Shown here: positions 30,011-40,268 of the stretch, piece by piece | Position numbering within the stretch: the first letter of the stretch is position 1 | Layout of the letters: each line of letters starts with the position of its first letter | NCBI GenBank assembly: GCA_030429235.1 | Contig: JAUIDB010000002.1 | Span: forward strand, 176,769 to 240,768 | Origin: Thermoanaerobaculia bacterium | Lineage (GTDB): Bacteria > Acidobacteriota > Thermoanaerobaculia > Multivoradales > JAIOJS01 | Direction: 5' to 3' | DNA length: 64,000 bases | Made by a program: the position numbers and the translations under genes | The notes under the pieces: generated by a model | Seen by the model: the letters and a program-made list of their open reading frames with translations, nothing else | Database searches by the model: none | What the model was told of the DNA's origin: nothing

Positions 30011-30240
30011 GTACTCTCCCTATGCGCAACGGGGGCCTGACGGCGCGGCCCGAAGTGCGCTAGCTGTGATCTCCCTGAAACTCGTCTCGGACGGGGGCGT
30101 CCAAAGTGCCCTTGGGTGACTCCGGACGGCGAGATTGTACCACGCAGGCACAAGCTTCGACACCCCCAGATCCTCGGTCATGGCGCCGTCGGTCGAATAA
30201 ACTGCAAGGCCCAGCCGTACCCCACCCGAAAGGTCAACCG

Positions 30241-30969
30241 ATGCAGGAATTCTTCACTCTCCTCACCACGTTCCCGGTCGTACTGTTCAGCGCGATCATG
30301 GCGGTCGTCTTTCTCTACTGGATCCTGGTGATCCTGGGGACTCTGGACGTCGATCTCTTCGATCTCGACGGGGTGACCGAGGCGATCGATGGGGCGCTCG
30401 ACGGTGCCCTGGACGGTGCCATCGAGGGCGGCCTCGAGGCGGCGGACGGACTGGAGGGGGGAGCCGAGGGCGCCGGCGAGGGTACACCGTCTGGGCTGGC
30501 GGGTGTGATCCATGCCGTCGGGTTGCACGGCGTGCCGCTGACGATCTCGCTCAGCATTCTCTTCGGCCTCGCCTGGCTGTTGTCGATGCTCCTGATCGAG
30601 GGCGTACGCCTCAAGGCTCCCGAGTGGGTCGCCAACATCCCACTGCAGTTCGCGGTCCTCTTGGTGACGCTCACCGTGGCGGGCTTCTTGACGGCCCGCA
30701 TCATCCGTCCGCTGCGGCCGGCCTTTGCCACCGTCACCGCGCCCTCTCGGGGCTCGTTCACGGGGCGGGTGTGCACGGTGGTCAGCACCCGGGTGGATGG
30801 TGACTTCGGTCGGGCCGAGATCGACGACGGGGGCGCCGGGCTCCTGGTCGACGTGCGGTGCGCCGAAGAGAACACGCTGTCCCGGGGCGACTACGCCCTG
30901 GTCTACGACTACGACCGCGAGGCGGATGTCTTTCTCGTCAAACCGGCCGAGGATGGATTGTCGGCCTGA
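30241..30969 (+). CDS. NfeD/YqiJ-like membrane protein; flotillin partner with a C-terminal OB fold.
   Basis: N-terminal TM helices, an acidic Gly/Ala-rich linker and a C-terminal β-rich domain. Sits immediately upstream of the flotillin gene. Confidence 0.65.
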   Translation: MQEFFTLLTTFPVVLFSAIMAVVFLYWILVILGTLDVDLFDLDGVTEAIDGALDGALDGAIEGGLEAADGLEGGAEGAGEGTPSGLAGVIHAVGLHGVPLTISLSILFGLAWLLSMLLIEGVRLKAPEWVANIPLQFAVLLVTLTVAGFLTARIIRPLRPAFATVTAPSRGSFTGRVCTVVSTRVDGDFGRAEIDDGGAGLLVDVRCAEENTLSRGDYALVYDYDREADVFLVKPAEDGLSA

Positions 30970-31009
30970 ACGGCCGTAACTCCAGCAACTGAAAGGAATA
31001 GGGGAACAG

Positions 31010-32992
31010 ATGGGTAACCTAGGATTTATAGCGATCGTTGGGGTCGTAGTCGTCGTTGCGCTCGGGATCTTCGCCGCGGTGGCGGTCGCCAAGTTCTACC
31101 GCAAGGTGGAGCAGGGCAAGGCGTTGATCGTCAACAAGATGAAGAAGGACCCCGAGGTCACCTTCACCGGGGCAGTGGTGTTGCCGATCATCCACAAGGC
31201 GGAGGTGATGGACATCTCGGTCAAGACGATCGAGATCGACCGCCGCGGCAAAGAGGGCTTGATCTGTCAGGACAACATCCGGGCCGACATCAAGGTCACC
31301 TTCTTCGTCCGGGTCAACAAGACCCAGGAGGACGTGATCAAGGTAGCGCAGGCGATCGGCTGCGCCCGCGCCTCGGACCAGAAGACCCTCGAGGAGCTGT
31401 TCAGCGCCAAGTTCTCGGAGGCGCTGAAGACGGTCGGCAAGAAGCTCGACTTCGTCGATCTCTACACCAAGCGCAACGAGTTCCGCGACTGGATCGTCGA
31501 GATCATCGGGCGCGATCTCAACGGCTACGTCCTCGAGGACGCGGCGATCGACTTCCTCGAGCAGACCCCCCTCAGCTCGCTCGACGAGAGCAACATCCTC
31601 GATGCCCAGGGTATTCGGAAGATCACCGAGCTCACCACCATCGAGCACGTGCGGACCAACGAGTACACCAACAACGAGCGCAAACTGATCAAGAAGCAGG
31701 ACGTCGAGGCCGAGGAGGCGATCCTCGAACTCGAACGGCAGCGCGCCGATGCCGAAGCCAAGCAGCAGCGCGAGATCCAGACCATGAAGGCGCGCGAGCA
31801 GGCCGAGATCGACAAGGTGGCGGCGGAAGAGCGGCTGCGGTCCGAGACCGCACGCATCGCCGCCGACGAAGAGCTCGAGATCGCCGAAGAGAACCGCAAG
31901 CGGCAGGTCGAGGTGGCGGAGAAGAACCGCGAGCGGGTGGTCGCCATCGAGACCGAACGGGTGGAGAAGGCCCGAGCCCTCGAAGAGGTCGACCGAACCC
32001 GTGAAGTCGAACTGCAGCGCATCGAGATGGAGAAGCAGCTCGAGGAGGAGCGGCGGCTGATCGCCGAGGTCACGCGCGAGAAGATCGCGGTCGAGAAGAC
32101 GGTGGCCGAAGAGGAGGAGCGGATCAAGGAGCTGCGGGTGGTCGAAGAGGCACGCCGCACCAAGGAAGCGACCGTGATCGCGGCCGAAGCCGAGGCCGAA
32201 GAGGTCTTGATCAAGGACATCAAGGCGGCCGAGGCCTCCGAGGCAGCGTCGAAGTTCAAAGCCAAGGAGCGCCTGGTCCTGGCCGAGGCCGAACTGGAGG
32301 CCGCCGACAAGGAGGCCAAGGCCAAGATCCGGCTCGCCGAGGGAATCCAGGCCCACGAAGCCGCCTCCGGCCTGGCGCAGGTCCGAGTACAGGATGCCAG
32401 CGCTGCCGCCGTCGAGAAGGTCGGTTTGGCCGAAGCGCGGGTGGTGCGCGAGAAGGGCGAGGCGGAAGCGGAAGCGACACGCTTGGCGATGACGGCCGAA
32501 GCGGCCGGCATCACCGAGAAGGCCGAGGCGATGAAGCTCCTCGACGAGTCGACCCGCGACCACGAGGAGTACCGTCTGCACCTCGAGAAGGACCGCGAGG
32601 TCGAGCTGGAGGCGATCAACGCCCACCGGGCGGTGGCCGAACAGCAGGCGATGGTGCTGGCGGAGGCTCTCAAGAACGCCAACATCGACATCGTGGGCGG
32701 CGAGAGCGTCTTCTTCGACAAGATCGTCAACGCGATCTCGATGGGCAAGTCGGTCGACAGCTTCATGGGGCGTAGCGAGACGGCCCAGGCCCTGGTCGGC
32801 GACTACCTGAGCGGGCAGGCCAACCTGCCCGACGACATCAAGGAGGTCCTGTCCAATCCGGCGCTTTCCGCCGGGGACGTGCAGAATCTTGCCATCTCGA
32901 CCTTGCTCGGCAAGCTGGCCCTGTCGAGCGGCGCCGACAAGCGGGACAAGCTCGAGAAGCTGATCGAGTCGGCTCGCGAGCTGGGCCTCTGA
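31010..32992 (+). CDS. Flotillin/SPFH (band-7) family protein, YqiK-like.
   Basis: N-terminal TM, then an SPFH domain (LIVNKMKKDPEVTFTGAVVLPIIHKAEVMDISVKTIEID). Long EA-repeat coiled coil. Confidence 0.85.
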   Translation: MGNLGFIAIVGVVVVVALGIFAAVAVAKFYRKVEQGKALIVNKMKKDPEVTFTGAVVLPIIHKAEVMDISVKTIEIDRRGKEGLICQDNIRADIKVTFFVRVNKTQEDVIKVAQAIGCARASDQKTLEELFSAKFSEALKTVGKKLDFVDLYTKRNEFRDWIVEIIGRDLNGYVLEDAAIDFLEQTPLSSLDESNILDAQGIRKITELTTIEHVRTNEYTNNERKLIKKQDVEAEEAILELERQRADAEAKQQREIQTMKAREQAEIDKVAAEERLRSETARIAADEELEIAEENRKRQVEVAEKNRERVVAIETERVEKARALEEVDRTREVELQRIEMEKQLEEERRLIAEVTREKIAVEKTVAEEEERIKELRVVEEARRTKEATVIAAEAEAEEVLIKDIKAAEASEAASKFKAKERLVLAEAELEAADKEAKAKIRLAEGIQAHEAASGLAQVRVQDASAAAVEKVGLAEARVVREKGEAEAEATRLAMTAEAAGITEKAEAMKLLDESTRDHEEYRLHLEKDREVELEAINAHRAVAEQQAMVLAEALKNANIDIVGGESVFFDKIVNAISMGKSVDSFMGRSETAQALVGDYLSGQANLPDDIKEVLSNPALSAGDVQNLAISTLLGKLALSSGADKRDKLEKLIESARELGL

Positions 32993-33013
32993 TCTCGGTT
33001 CCCGCCGGTCGGG

Positions 33014-33043
33014 GTCCGGCCCAGCGCAGGCCGGGCCGGACCT
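33014..33043 (+). terminator. GC-rich 10-bp inverted repeat hairpin (ggtccggccc...gggccggacc) between the flotillin and giant genes. It has no U-tract, so it may be an attenuator or RNA-processing site rather than a terminator.
   Basis: A perfect 10-bp stem with a 10-nt loop, read directly from the sequence. Confidence 0.3.
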
Positions 33044-33083
33044 CCCATTCGTCTCGAACTCCCTCTGGAGGAACCCACTGCCG

Positions 33084-36000
33084 ATGACCGATGTCGCTCC
33101 CACCGCTTCCTACGATCTGCTCCTGGCCCGCTTGGCCGAGCAGGCCGAGGGACTGGCCGAACGAGCCGAGGCCCTCAATCGTCGCAGGATCGAACTCTTC
33201 GGGGGTACCGAGAGTGAGATCCTCGGCACCGAGCGGCTGCGCACGGTCAACAACTGTGTTCCCCGTGACATCGTCGCCCTCGGCCACCGGTTCCTCTTTG
33301 GCTACAACGTCTTTCTCGGACTTCGGCAGACCACCGACGTCGACGACGTCTTCGCGGTGCACTCCCTGGTGGAGGAAGAGGGACAGATGCGGTTGGTCGA
33401 GGTGCCAGCTTCGGAGACCGAGGATCTTTTGGGAGGCGCGGAGTTCCGGCGCGACTTCGGTGAGCTCTTCAAGTACTACAAGGAAGCCAGGCTTCTCCAG
33501 CTCCGCAAGGTCGATGGCAAGTTGCTGGCGGTGTTCCAGACCGGGCAGCTGGTGGGCGATATCAAGGTCCTGCGCTGGTCGGTGGCTCCGGACGGTACCG
33601 CCACCTACATCGACAACCGCGGGGAACGCGACCACGTGTTTCCCCCCAGCCACGACTTCGAGTGGATCCGAGCCACGCGCGAGAACTTCGTCCTGGGACG
33701 ACACCCCCACGTGTCGATTCTCGACGAGGTGTTCGTGGAGGCGGTCGGCGGAGACCTGACGGTCAAGGTCGAGAACAACACCGAAGACGGACTGGGAATC
33801 TACCGCGAACCGGTCGACGATCCGGACCAGGGGCTGGACGACGGCGAGATCCGCTACGCCAAGCTCGGAGGGCTGATCCTCATCGAGGTCCTCCCCTTCG
33901 GGGAGACCCAGCGGCGCTACCTGGTCTTCGATACCCGTTCGCAGAGGGTCGAACGGATCGACGCCATCGCCCACGCCTGCCAACAGCTGCCCGAGGACCA
34001 CGGCATCGTCTTCCCCGGGGGCTACTTCCTCCAGACCGGGGTCTCCAAGCAGTTCGACGGTGAGGTACAGGGTCTCGAGTTCAGTCGGTCGATTCGCTCG
34101 CCGAACGGGGAGGATGTGCTCTACGTCTTCCATCGACGCGACGAGGGACGGTACCTCCTGTTGCCCTACAACCTGATCCGGCGGCAGGTGGATAACCCCA
34201 TCCACTGCCACGGCTACAGCCTGTTCGGCGACGGCCGTCTCCTGGTGTTCCGCTCGACCAGCGAGGAGCCCACCCGGGTGCACCCGGTCCAACTCTGGCA
34301 GACCCCGTTCGTCAGCGCGGAGCACGCGGCGCAGCAACCGAGTTCGGGCAGCTACCTCGAGGGTGTCGGCAACGCCGATCTGGTGCGAGGCATCAGCGAA
34401 GCGCTGGGCATCCGCCGGGAAGCCACCGAGGGAGAGCCGTCGCGCCACACCTACGAAGACCTGGTGGCGCAGACCACGCGGATGCTCGATGCCTTTCCCT
34501 GGCTGGGGCACGACGAGGTCGCCCTGGCCCCGGCGCTGCAGGAGATTCGGACCACCGCCGGTCTGGTGCTCGACGAGTACGAGAAGGTGGTCGTGCTCCG
34601 CGACGAGGCCGCGCAGGCGGTGGCGGCGGCGAGCCACGAGCTCGAAGAGCTGGTTCGGCACCTCCAGCCCGATGCCTGGCACGAGGTGGAGCCGTTCGTC
34701 GACGCCCTCTCGTCCCTGCGGCGCCAGCGCGGACATCTGATTTCGCTCCGTGACCTGCGGTACGTCGATCTCGAGCGAGTGGACGAACTCGAAGCGGAGA
34801 CGGTCCGACGCTTCGAGGAATTGAGCGGCGATACCGTCGGCTACCTGCTGCAACCGGATGCCCTGAAGCCCTATCGCGAGCGGATTCTGGCCCTCGAGGA
34901 ACGGGTCGGGGCGGTCGAGAAGAACACCGAGCTGCGGGAGATCCTCACCGAGATCGAATCGACGGGCGACGCTCTGGAACTGCTCACCGAGGTGGTGGGC
35001 ACGCTGGAGATCGACGACGCCACCCAGCGTACCGATATCCTGGAGGCGATCTCCGAGGCCCTGGCGAGTCTCAATCGGACCCGAGCCCTGGCCACCGCCC
35101 GCCGCAAGGAACTCTTTCGCCACGAGGGAGTGGCCGAGTTCGCGGCCCAGTTCAAGGTGTTCGGGCAGACCGTAGCCAGTGCCCTGGCGCTCGCCGACAC
35201 TCCCGACAAGTGTGACGAGCAGCTGGCGCGCTCGATGATCCAGCTCGAAGAGTTGGAGGGCCGCTTCTCGGAACTCGACGAGTTCCTGGAACAGCTCGCC
35301 ATCAAGCGCGAGGAGGTGTACGAGGCCTTCGAGGCCCGTAAGCAGCAGTTGCGGGACGAGCGGGGGCGGCAAGCCGAGCACGTCAATCGGGCGGCAGATC
35401 GGATCCTGCAGGCCATGGTCCGGCGGGCCGGCAGTCTGGGGTCGATCGACGAACTCAACAGTTACTTCGCCGCCGATCCGATGGCGGTCAAGGTTCGCGA
35501 CCTGGTCGCACGGCTGCGGACGCTCGAAGAGCATGTTCGGGCCGACGAACTCGAGGCTCGCCTCAAGGCCAGCCGCGAGGAAGCGACGCGCTCCCTGCGC
35601 GACCGCCTCGACCTGTTCGAGGATGGAGCCGCGGTCCTCAAACTCGGCCGCCACCGGTTCGCCGTCAACACCCAGCCGCTAGAGCCTTCGCTGCTGCCTC
35701 GAGACGAGGGACTGGTATTCCATCTCGCGGGCACCGACTACTTCGATCCCGTGCCGGAGGGGATGCTCGACGCCGATTCCAGTCTCTGGCAGCAGACCCT
35801 GGTGTCCGAGACTCCCGACGTTTACCGGGGCGAGTACCTGGCGTCCGAGATCCTCGCCGCGGCCGGTTCCTCGGCGGGGGCGGCGACGCGCGAAGAGCTC
35901 CGCCGGGCTGCCCTGGACGACGGAGGGCTGCTCGAGCGGGTGCGGAAGTTCGCACTCGAGCGTTACGACGAGGGGTACGAACGGGGCGTGCACGACGCCG

Positions 36001-38582
36001 ACGCCGCGTTGATCCTCGAGAAGATCCTGGGTCTGGAAGAGACCGCCGATCTGTTGGCCTACGCCCCGTCGGTGCGGGCCGCGGCGCTGCTGTACTGGGC
36101 CTACGAAACGGACAGCAACCAGCGACGATCGTGGGTGCGCCAGGCCGAGAGCCTCGGGCGCCTGCGCCAGACCTTCGAGCGCGCTCCGGCCGCGCTGGCG
36201 TTCGAGCGCCAGTTGGCCACGAAGATCGCAGCGTTCCATCGCGACGTGGTGGGGCGAGAGCTGGACGAAGGTCTGTCGACATCGGGCGGTCGCTACCTCT
36301 TCGAGGAACTCGCCCGGGGTGGGCGCCGATTCGTCGTTTCCGGGCCGGCGGAGGCCCTGCGGAGTGCGCTCTGGTCCCATCTCGAGGCCGAAGACCTGGC
36401 GCGCGGGCTGCAAGAGGACCTGCGCAATCTGCGCGAGGACCTGGCGGCCAGTGTCCGTCTGGCGTCGGCCTGGGTCGAGGGGTTCGTGGCGCGCAGCGAC
36501 TCCTCTCCGGGAGAGGAAGCACCCTACGTCGACGAGGTGATCGCTCTGCTACTGGTCGAGGGGCGCCAGGAGGTCGAAGTCTCGAACGCCCTGACCGAGG
36601 TCGAAATCGAAGGACTGTTGGGACAACATCCCCGCATCGAGGGCGGCACGATGCCCTTGCGTCTGGCCGAGTTTCTGACCCGACTCGACCACTTCCGGTC
36701 CCACCAGGTACCGCAGTTCCGGGCCTACCTGGACGCTCGCCGCAAGGTGTTGCACGCCGAGCGCGATCGACTCCGCCTGGCCGAGCTGCAACCACGGGTG
36801 ATGACGTCGTTCGTCCGCAACCGCCTGATCGACGAGGTCTACCTTCCCCTCATCGGCAACAACCTCGCCAAGCAGATCGGTTCCCTGGGCGAGGGCAAAG
36901 TCTCGGATCGCTCGGGTCTGCTCCTGTTGGTCTCGCCTCCCGGCTACGGAAAGACCACCCTGATGGAGTATTTGGCCAGTCGGCTGGGACTCGTCTTCGT
37001 CAAGGTCAACGGTCCGGCCCTCGGCCACGCCGTGACTTCGCTCGACCCGGCCGAAGCGCCCAACGCCACGGCACGGCAGGAGGTCGAGCGGATCAACTTC
37101 GCCTTCGAGATGGGCAACAACGTGCTGCTCTACCTCGACGACATCCAGCACACCCATCCCGAGCTGCTGCAGAAGTTCATCAGTCTCTGCGACGCGCAGC
37201 GCCGCGTCGAAGGGGTCTGGAAGGGGCGGACGAGGACCTACGATCTGCGGGGTAAGCGCTTCGCGGTCTGCATGGCGGGCAATCCGTACACCGAGTCGGG
37301 AGAGCGGTTCCAGGTTCCCGACATGCTGGCGAACCGCGCCGATATCTACAACCTGGGGGACGTCCTCGAGGGCAAGGACGAGCTCTTTGCGTTGAGCTAC
37401 CTCGAGAATTCATTGACCGCGAACTCCGCCCTGGCCACGCTGGCCAGCCGCGGGCCCGAGGACGTGCTACCGCTGATCCAGATGGCGCAAGGCCGGGACA
37501 TCTCGCCGGATCAACTGACCCACAGCTACTCCGCGGTGGAACTCGAGGAGATTCAGTCGGTCCTGAGTCAGCTCCTCGTGGTGCAGGAGCTGCTGCTGGT
37601 GGTCAACCAGCAGTACATCGCCTCGGCGGCCCAGGACGACGCCTACCGCACCGAACCGGCCTTCCTGCTCCAGGGCAGCTACCGCAACATGGTCAAGATC
37701 GCGGCCCAGGTGGTGCCCGCCATGAACGCGGAAGAGCTGCAGTCGGTGATCACCGACCATTACGTGGGCGAAGCCCAGACGTTGACCAGCGGCGCGGAAG
37801 CGAACCTGCTCAAGCTGGCGGAGTTGCGGGGGCGATCGACGCCGGAGGAAGCGGCGCGCTGGCAGAGCATCCGGACCGAGTATCGTCGCCGCCAGCTGGT
37901 CGGGGGTTCCGACGACGACCCCACCACCCGGATCGTCGGTGGACTGAGTGCGCTCTCGGAGAGAGTCGGTGGCATCGGCAAGGCCCTCGTCGAAGCGCAG
38001 GAGCAGGCCCGAACCCAGGCTGGCGCGTCGGACTCCGAGGCGGAAGCAGCGCACCGAGCGTCTCTCCTGAAGACGGTCGAGAAGGTCGGCAGGTCGCTGG
38101 CGGCCCAGAAGAAGCAGCCGATCGCACTGACTCTGCCCACGGAGCTGGAAGAGCAGCTCCCTCGGCTGATCGCAGGGGTCGAGGCAGTGGCGGCAGGGGT
38201 CTCCGCCACCGCGGCCACGGCCGGTGGGGCTCGTTCGGAGACGAGCCAGGAACTCGGCCCGTACCTGGAGAAGCTCGAGTCGGTCCTCGGGCAGATGGCG
38301 GCCCACATCGCGGCGGCTCCCAGTCAGGTCGCCGGCACCCGCGTGGTGCAGACGCTCTCTCCGGGGGTCCACGACTTGATGCGAAAGCTGGTCGACTCGA
38401 TCTCCAAGGGACTGATCCCCAGCGTGCGGGGAGTGGAGAAAGAACTCGCCAAGCAGGGTGTCGAGCCGGGCAAGCGCCTGAGCGATCTGATGGATCGCTC
38501 GCTCAAGGATCTCGACCTGTTGCGCGATCTGGTGGAGGCCTTGAAGAAGATTGATACCGGTCGCCTCGAGACCTCGGACTAG
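33084..38582 (+). CDS. Giant 1832-aa protein with a MoxR/AAA_5-like AAA+ ATPase domain near residues ~1270-1450. The rest has no domain I recognise.
   Basis: RBS GGAGGAAC upstream. Walker A LLLVSPPGYGKTTLMEY, Walker B VLLYLDDIQ, and AVCMAGNPYTESGERFQVPDMLANRADIY typical of MoxR-like AAA+. One uninterrupted ORF. Confidence 0.7.
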   Translation: MTDVAPTASYDLLLARLAEQAEGLAERAEALNRRRIELFGGTESEILGTERLRTVNNCVPRDIVALGHRFLFGYNVFLGLRQTTDVDDVFAVHSLVEEEGQMRLVEVPASETEDLLGGAEFRRDFGELFKYYKEARLLQLRKVDGKLLAVFQTGQLVGDIKVLRWSVAPDGTATYIDNRGERDHVFPPSHDFEWIRATRENFVLGRHPHVSILDEVFVEAVGGDLTVKVENNTEDGLGIYREPVDDPDQGLDDGEIRYAKLGGLILIEVLPFGETQRRYLVFDTRSQRVERIDAIAHACQQLPEDHGIVFPGGYFLQTGVSKQFDGEVQGLEFSRSIRSPNGEDVLYVFHRRDEGRYLLLPYNLIRRQVDNPIHCHGYSLFGDGRLLVFRSTSEEPTRVHPVQLWQTPFVSAEHAAQQPSSGSYLEGVGNADLVRGISEALGIRREATEGEPSRHTYEDLVAQTTRMLDAFPWLGHDEVALAPALQEIRTTAGLVLDEYEKVVVLRDEAAQAVAAASHELEELVRHLQPDAWHEVEPFVDALSSLRRQRGHLISLRDLRYVDLERVDELEAETVRRFEELSGDTVGYLLQPDALKPYRERILALEERVGAVEKNTELREILTEIESTGDALELLTEVVGTLEIDDATQRTDILEAISEALASLNRTRALATARRKELFRHEGVAEFAAQFKVFGQTVASALALADTPDKCDEQLARSMIQLEELEGRFSELDEFLEQLAIKREEVYEAFEARKQQLRDERGRQAEHVNRAADRILQAMVRRAGSLGSIDELNSYFAADPMAVKVRDLVARLRTLEEHVRADELEARLKASREEATRSLRDRLDLFEDGAAVLKLGRHRFAVNTQPLEPSLLPRDEGLVFHLAGTDYFDPVPEGMLDADSSLWQQTLVSETPDVYRGEYLASEILAAAGSSAGAATREELRRAALDDGGLLERVRKFALERYDEGYERGVHDADAALILEKILGLEETADLLAYAPSVRAAALLYWAYETDSNQRRSWVRQAESLGRLRQTFERAPAALAFERQLATKIAAFHRDVVGRELDEGLSTSGGRYLFEELARGGRRFVVSGPAEALRSALWSHLEAEDLARGLQEDLRNLREDLAASVRLASAWVEGFVARSDSSPGEEAPYVDEVIALLLVEGRQEVEVSNALTEVEIEGLLGQHPRIEGGTMPLRLAEFLTRLDHFRSHQVPQFRAYLDARRKVLHAERDRLRLAELQPRVMTSFVRNRLIDEVYLPLIGNNLAKQIGSLGEGKVSDRSGLLLLVSPPGYGKTTLMEYLASRLGLVFVKVNGPALGHAVTSLDPAEAPNATARQEVERINFAFEMGNNVLLYLDDIQHTHPELLQKFISLCDAQRRVEGVWKGRTRTYDLRGKRFAVCMAGNPYTESGERFQVPDMLANRADIYNLGDVLEGKDELFALSYLENSLTANSALATLASRGPEDVLPLIQMAQGRDISPDQLTHSYSAVELEEIQSVLSQLLVVQELLLVVNQQYIASAAQDDAYRTEPAFLLQGSYRNMVKIAAQVVPAMNAEELQSVITDHYVGEAQTLTSGAEANLLKLAELRGRSTPEEAARWQSIRTEYRRRQLVGGSDDDPTTRIVGGLSALSERVGGIGKALVEAQEQARTQAGASDSEAEAAHRASLLKTVEKVGRSLAAQKKQPIALTLPTELEEQLPRLIAGVEAVAAGVSATAATAGGARSETSQELGPYLEKLESVLGQMAAHIAAAPSQVAGTRVVQTLSPGVHDLMRKLVDSISKGLIPSVRGVEKELAKQGVEPGKRLSDLMDRSLKDLDLLRDLVEALKKIDTGRLETSD

Positions 38583-38670
38583 TCCCCTTCGGACCGGCTT
38601 CCCGACCCGACCGGAGAGGAACCGAACGGTTCAGGTACAATCCGCCAGAATTTTCTCTGGAGGGATAGCG

Positions 38671-39198
38671 ATGCTGCGATCTGTCAAGCGTACTCCGGGC
38701 CTGTGGCTAGGCCTTCTTCTCTGGTGCCTTCCTCTAGGCGCTCAGCCTCCGGCCGAGACCTGTGGTGTTGGCGATTCCCTGGGCGGAACCGACATGTTGC
38801 CCTTCCTCGGATCGCTGAACGTCACCGGCGACGACTTCACGATGACGGGTACCGGGTGCACCGAGCAGGGAGAGGACCACGTGACCTGTCTGACCCCGGC
38901 CAATTCCTGCACCGTCAACGCGACCTGCCGCGACGGTTTCTCGAAACCCGAGACTTCGGGGCTGCAGGTGGCGGTCAATGCCTTCCAGGGTTCTTGTAGC
39001 ACCTCTCCGGCGAGCTGTCTGGATAGCGACGGCGGAACCGGGTCGGGGACCATCAGCGGACTCGCGCTCACCGCCGGCGTGACCTACTGTTTCGTCTGCG
39101 AAGCGGGGACGGGGCTGGATCTGGAACTCGAGATCAACGCCGTGGCCAGCAGCTGTGGCGCTCTTCCGGTGGAACTCGAGACCTACTCCGTCGACTGA
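38671..39198 (+). CDS. Small secreted Cys-rich hypothetical protein.
   Basis: Signal peptide MLRSVKRTPGLWLGLLLWCLPLGAQP with RBS GGAGGGA. About 14 Cys residues. Confidence 0.5.
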   Translation: MLRSVKRTPGLWLGLLLWCLPLGAQPPAETCGVGDSLGGTDMLPFLGSLNVTGDDFTMTGTGCTEQGEDHVTCLTPANSCTVNATCRDGFSKPETSGLQVAVNAFQGSCSTSPASCLDSDGGTGSGTISGLALTAGVTYCFVCEAGTGLDLELEINAVASSCGALPVELETYSVD

Positions 39199-39214
39199 TC
39201 GACCCGGTCGCGCG

Positions 39215-40153
39215 TCACCAGTTCGTCGAGTCGCCGCTCTCGAAACCATCGGCGAACAGCAAGTCGCCGTCCGCCGCGGCGAAGAGCACCGCGTTGACCA
39301 GGATCTGAAAGTTCGGTCCGCCGGGACCGAGAGCGTGGGGTTCGTGCTCGCCCGGTTGGTACATCAGCACGATGCCATCCCACTCGGGGCGCCGCTGCAC
39401 GTAGCCCAGGAGGTGGGTGCCAGAGTCGTAGTCGCTGGCGAACAGGGGTTCGATCAGACCGCCGCCCGGGAGCAGGTCGAGGTTCGGATACCGTTCGTCG
39501 GGAGTGTTGTTGAACATCGGGTAGTTGGCCAGGGGGATGCCGTTCGCCGGATCTTCGTACAGCACCGAGTCCCCGTAGGCGACTCCGTAGGCAGCGACGA
39601 AGTGCTGCGGCGCGACGGCGATGACGTTCTGCCCTTCGACGGTGTTCCAGGGCACGGCTCCGGTGGCCTCGGCCCCGAGCAAAGCTTGCATCGCCTCCTT
39701 GCCCGCCGTGCGGTAGATCCCGTGGTGGAAGGAGAGGACGCTGCCTCCGTCCGTCAGGAACTGATCGACCGCGGCCACGAAGTCCGCCTGCCGCTGGGCC
39801 GCGTCGGCGCCGTTGGGGATTCGGTGGGCGAAGTAGATCAGCACGTCGTAGGCCAGAGGGTCTCCCGGGGGAAGTTCCAGCCAGGCGGTGGCGAGTTCCA
39901 GGCTGTCAGTCGGGATCTCCAACACGGGGTCGGGCCCGGCGAGCTGGAGCCCGCTCAAGGCGAGGAGGGCCGTCGAGATCTCGCCGGGCTGGGTCAAGTC
40001 CGCCGGAGGCAGCCCGTGGGGGTTGACCTCGTCGCTCACGATCAGGATCCGCAGAGGGGCGTGCGGGGCGACCGTCTGAGCACCGAGTGGTGCGACCGAG
40101 CTCGAGACGATCAAGAAGGCCGAAGCCAGGAAAGCAGCCGAGAAGTGCGCCAT
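39215..40153 (-). CDS. Secreted ThuA-like (class-I glutamine-amidotransferase-like) protein carrying the C-terminal DGFESGDSTNW tail.
   Basis: Signal peptide MAHFSAAFLASAFLIVSSSVAPLGAQ. C-terminus reads ...GDLLFADGFESGDSTNW*. Confidence 0.55.
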   Translation of the reverse strand: MAHFSAAFLASAFLIVSSSVAPLGAQTVAPHAPLRILIVSDEVNPHGLPPADLTQPGEISTALLALSGLQLAGPDPVLEIPTDSLELATAWLELPPGDPLAYDVLIYFAHRIPNGADAAQRQADFVAAVDQFLTDGGSVLSFHHGIYRTAGKEAMQALLGAEATGAVPWNTVEGQNVIAVAPQHFVAAYGVAYGDSVLYEDPANGIPLANYPMFNNTPDERYPNLDLLPGGGLIEPLFASDYDSGTHLLGYVQRRPEWDGIVLMYQPGEHEPHALGPGGPNFQILVNAVLFAAADGDLLFADGFESGDSTNW

Positions 40154-40268
40154 GCCGCACACTCTATCGCGCTACCCCCTGCGGCGGGGCGCCGGGGCTT
40201 TCGGGCGGTCGAGCTACAATCAGACGGTGTCGAAGTGCTTTTGATCGATCGACCTTCAAGGTCCTCAC

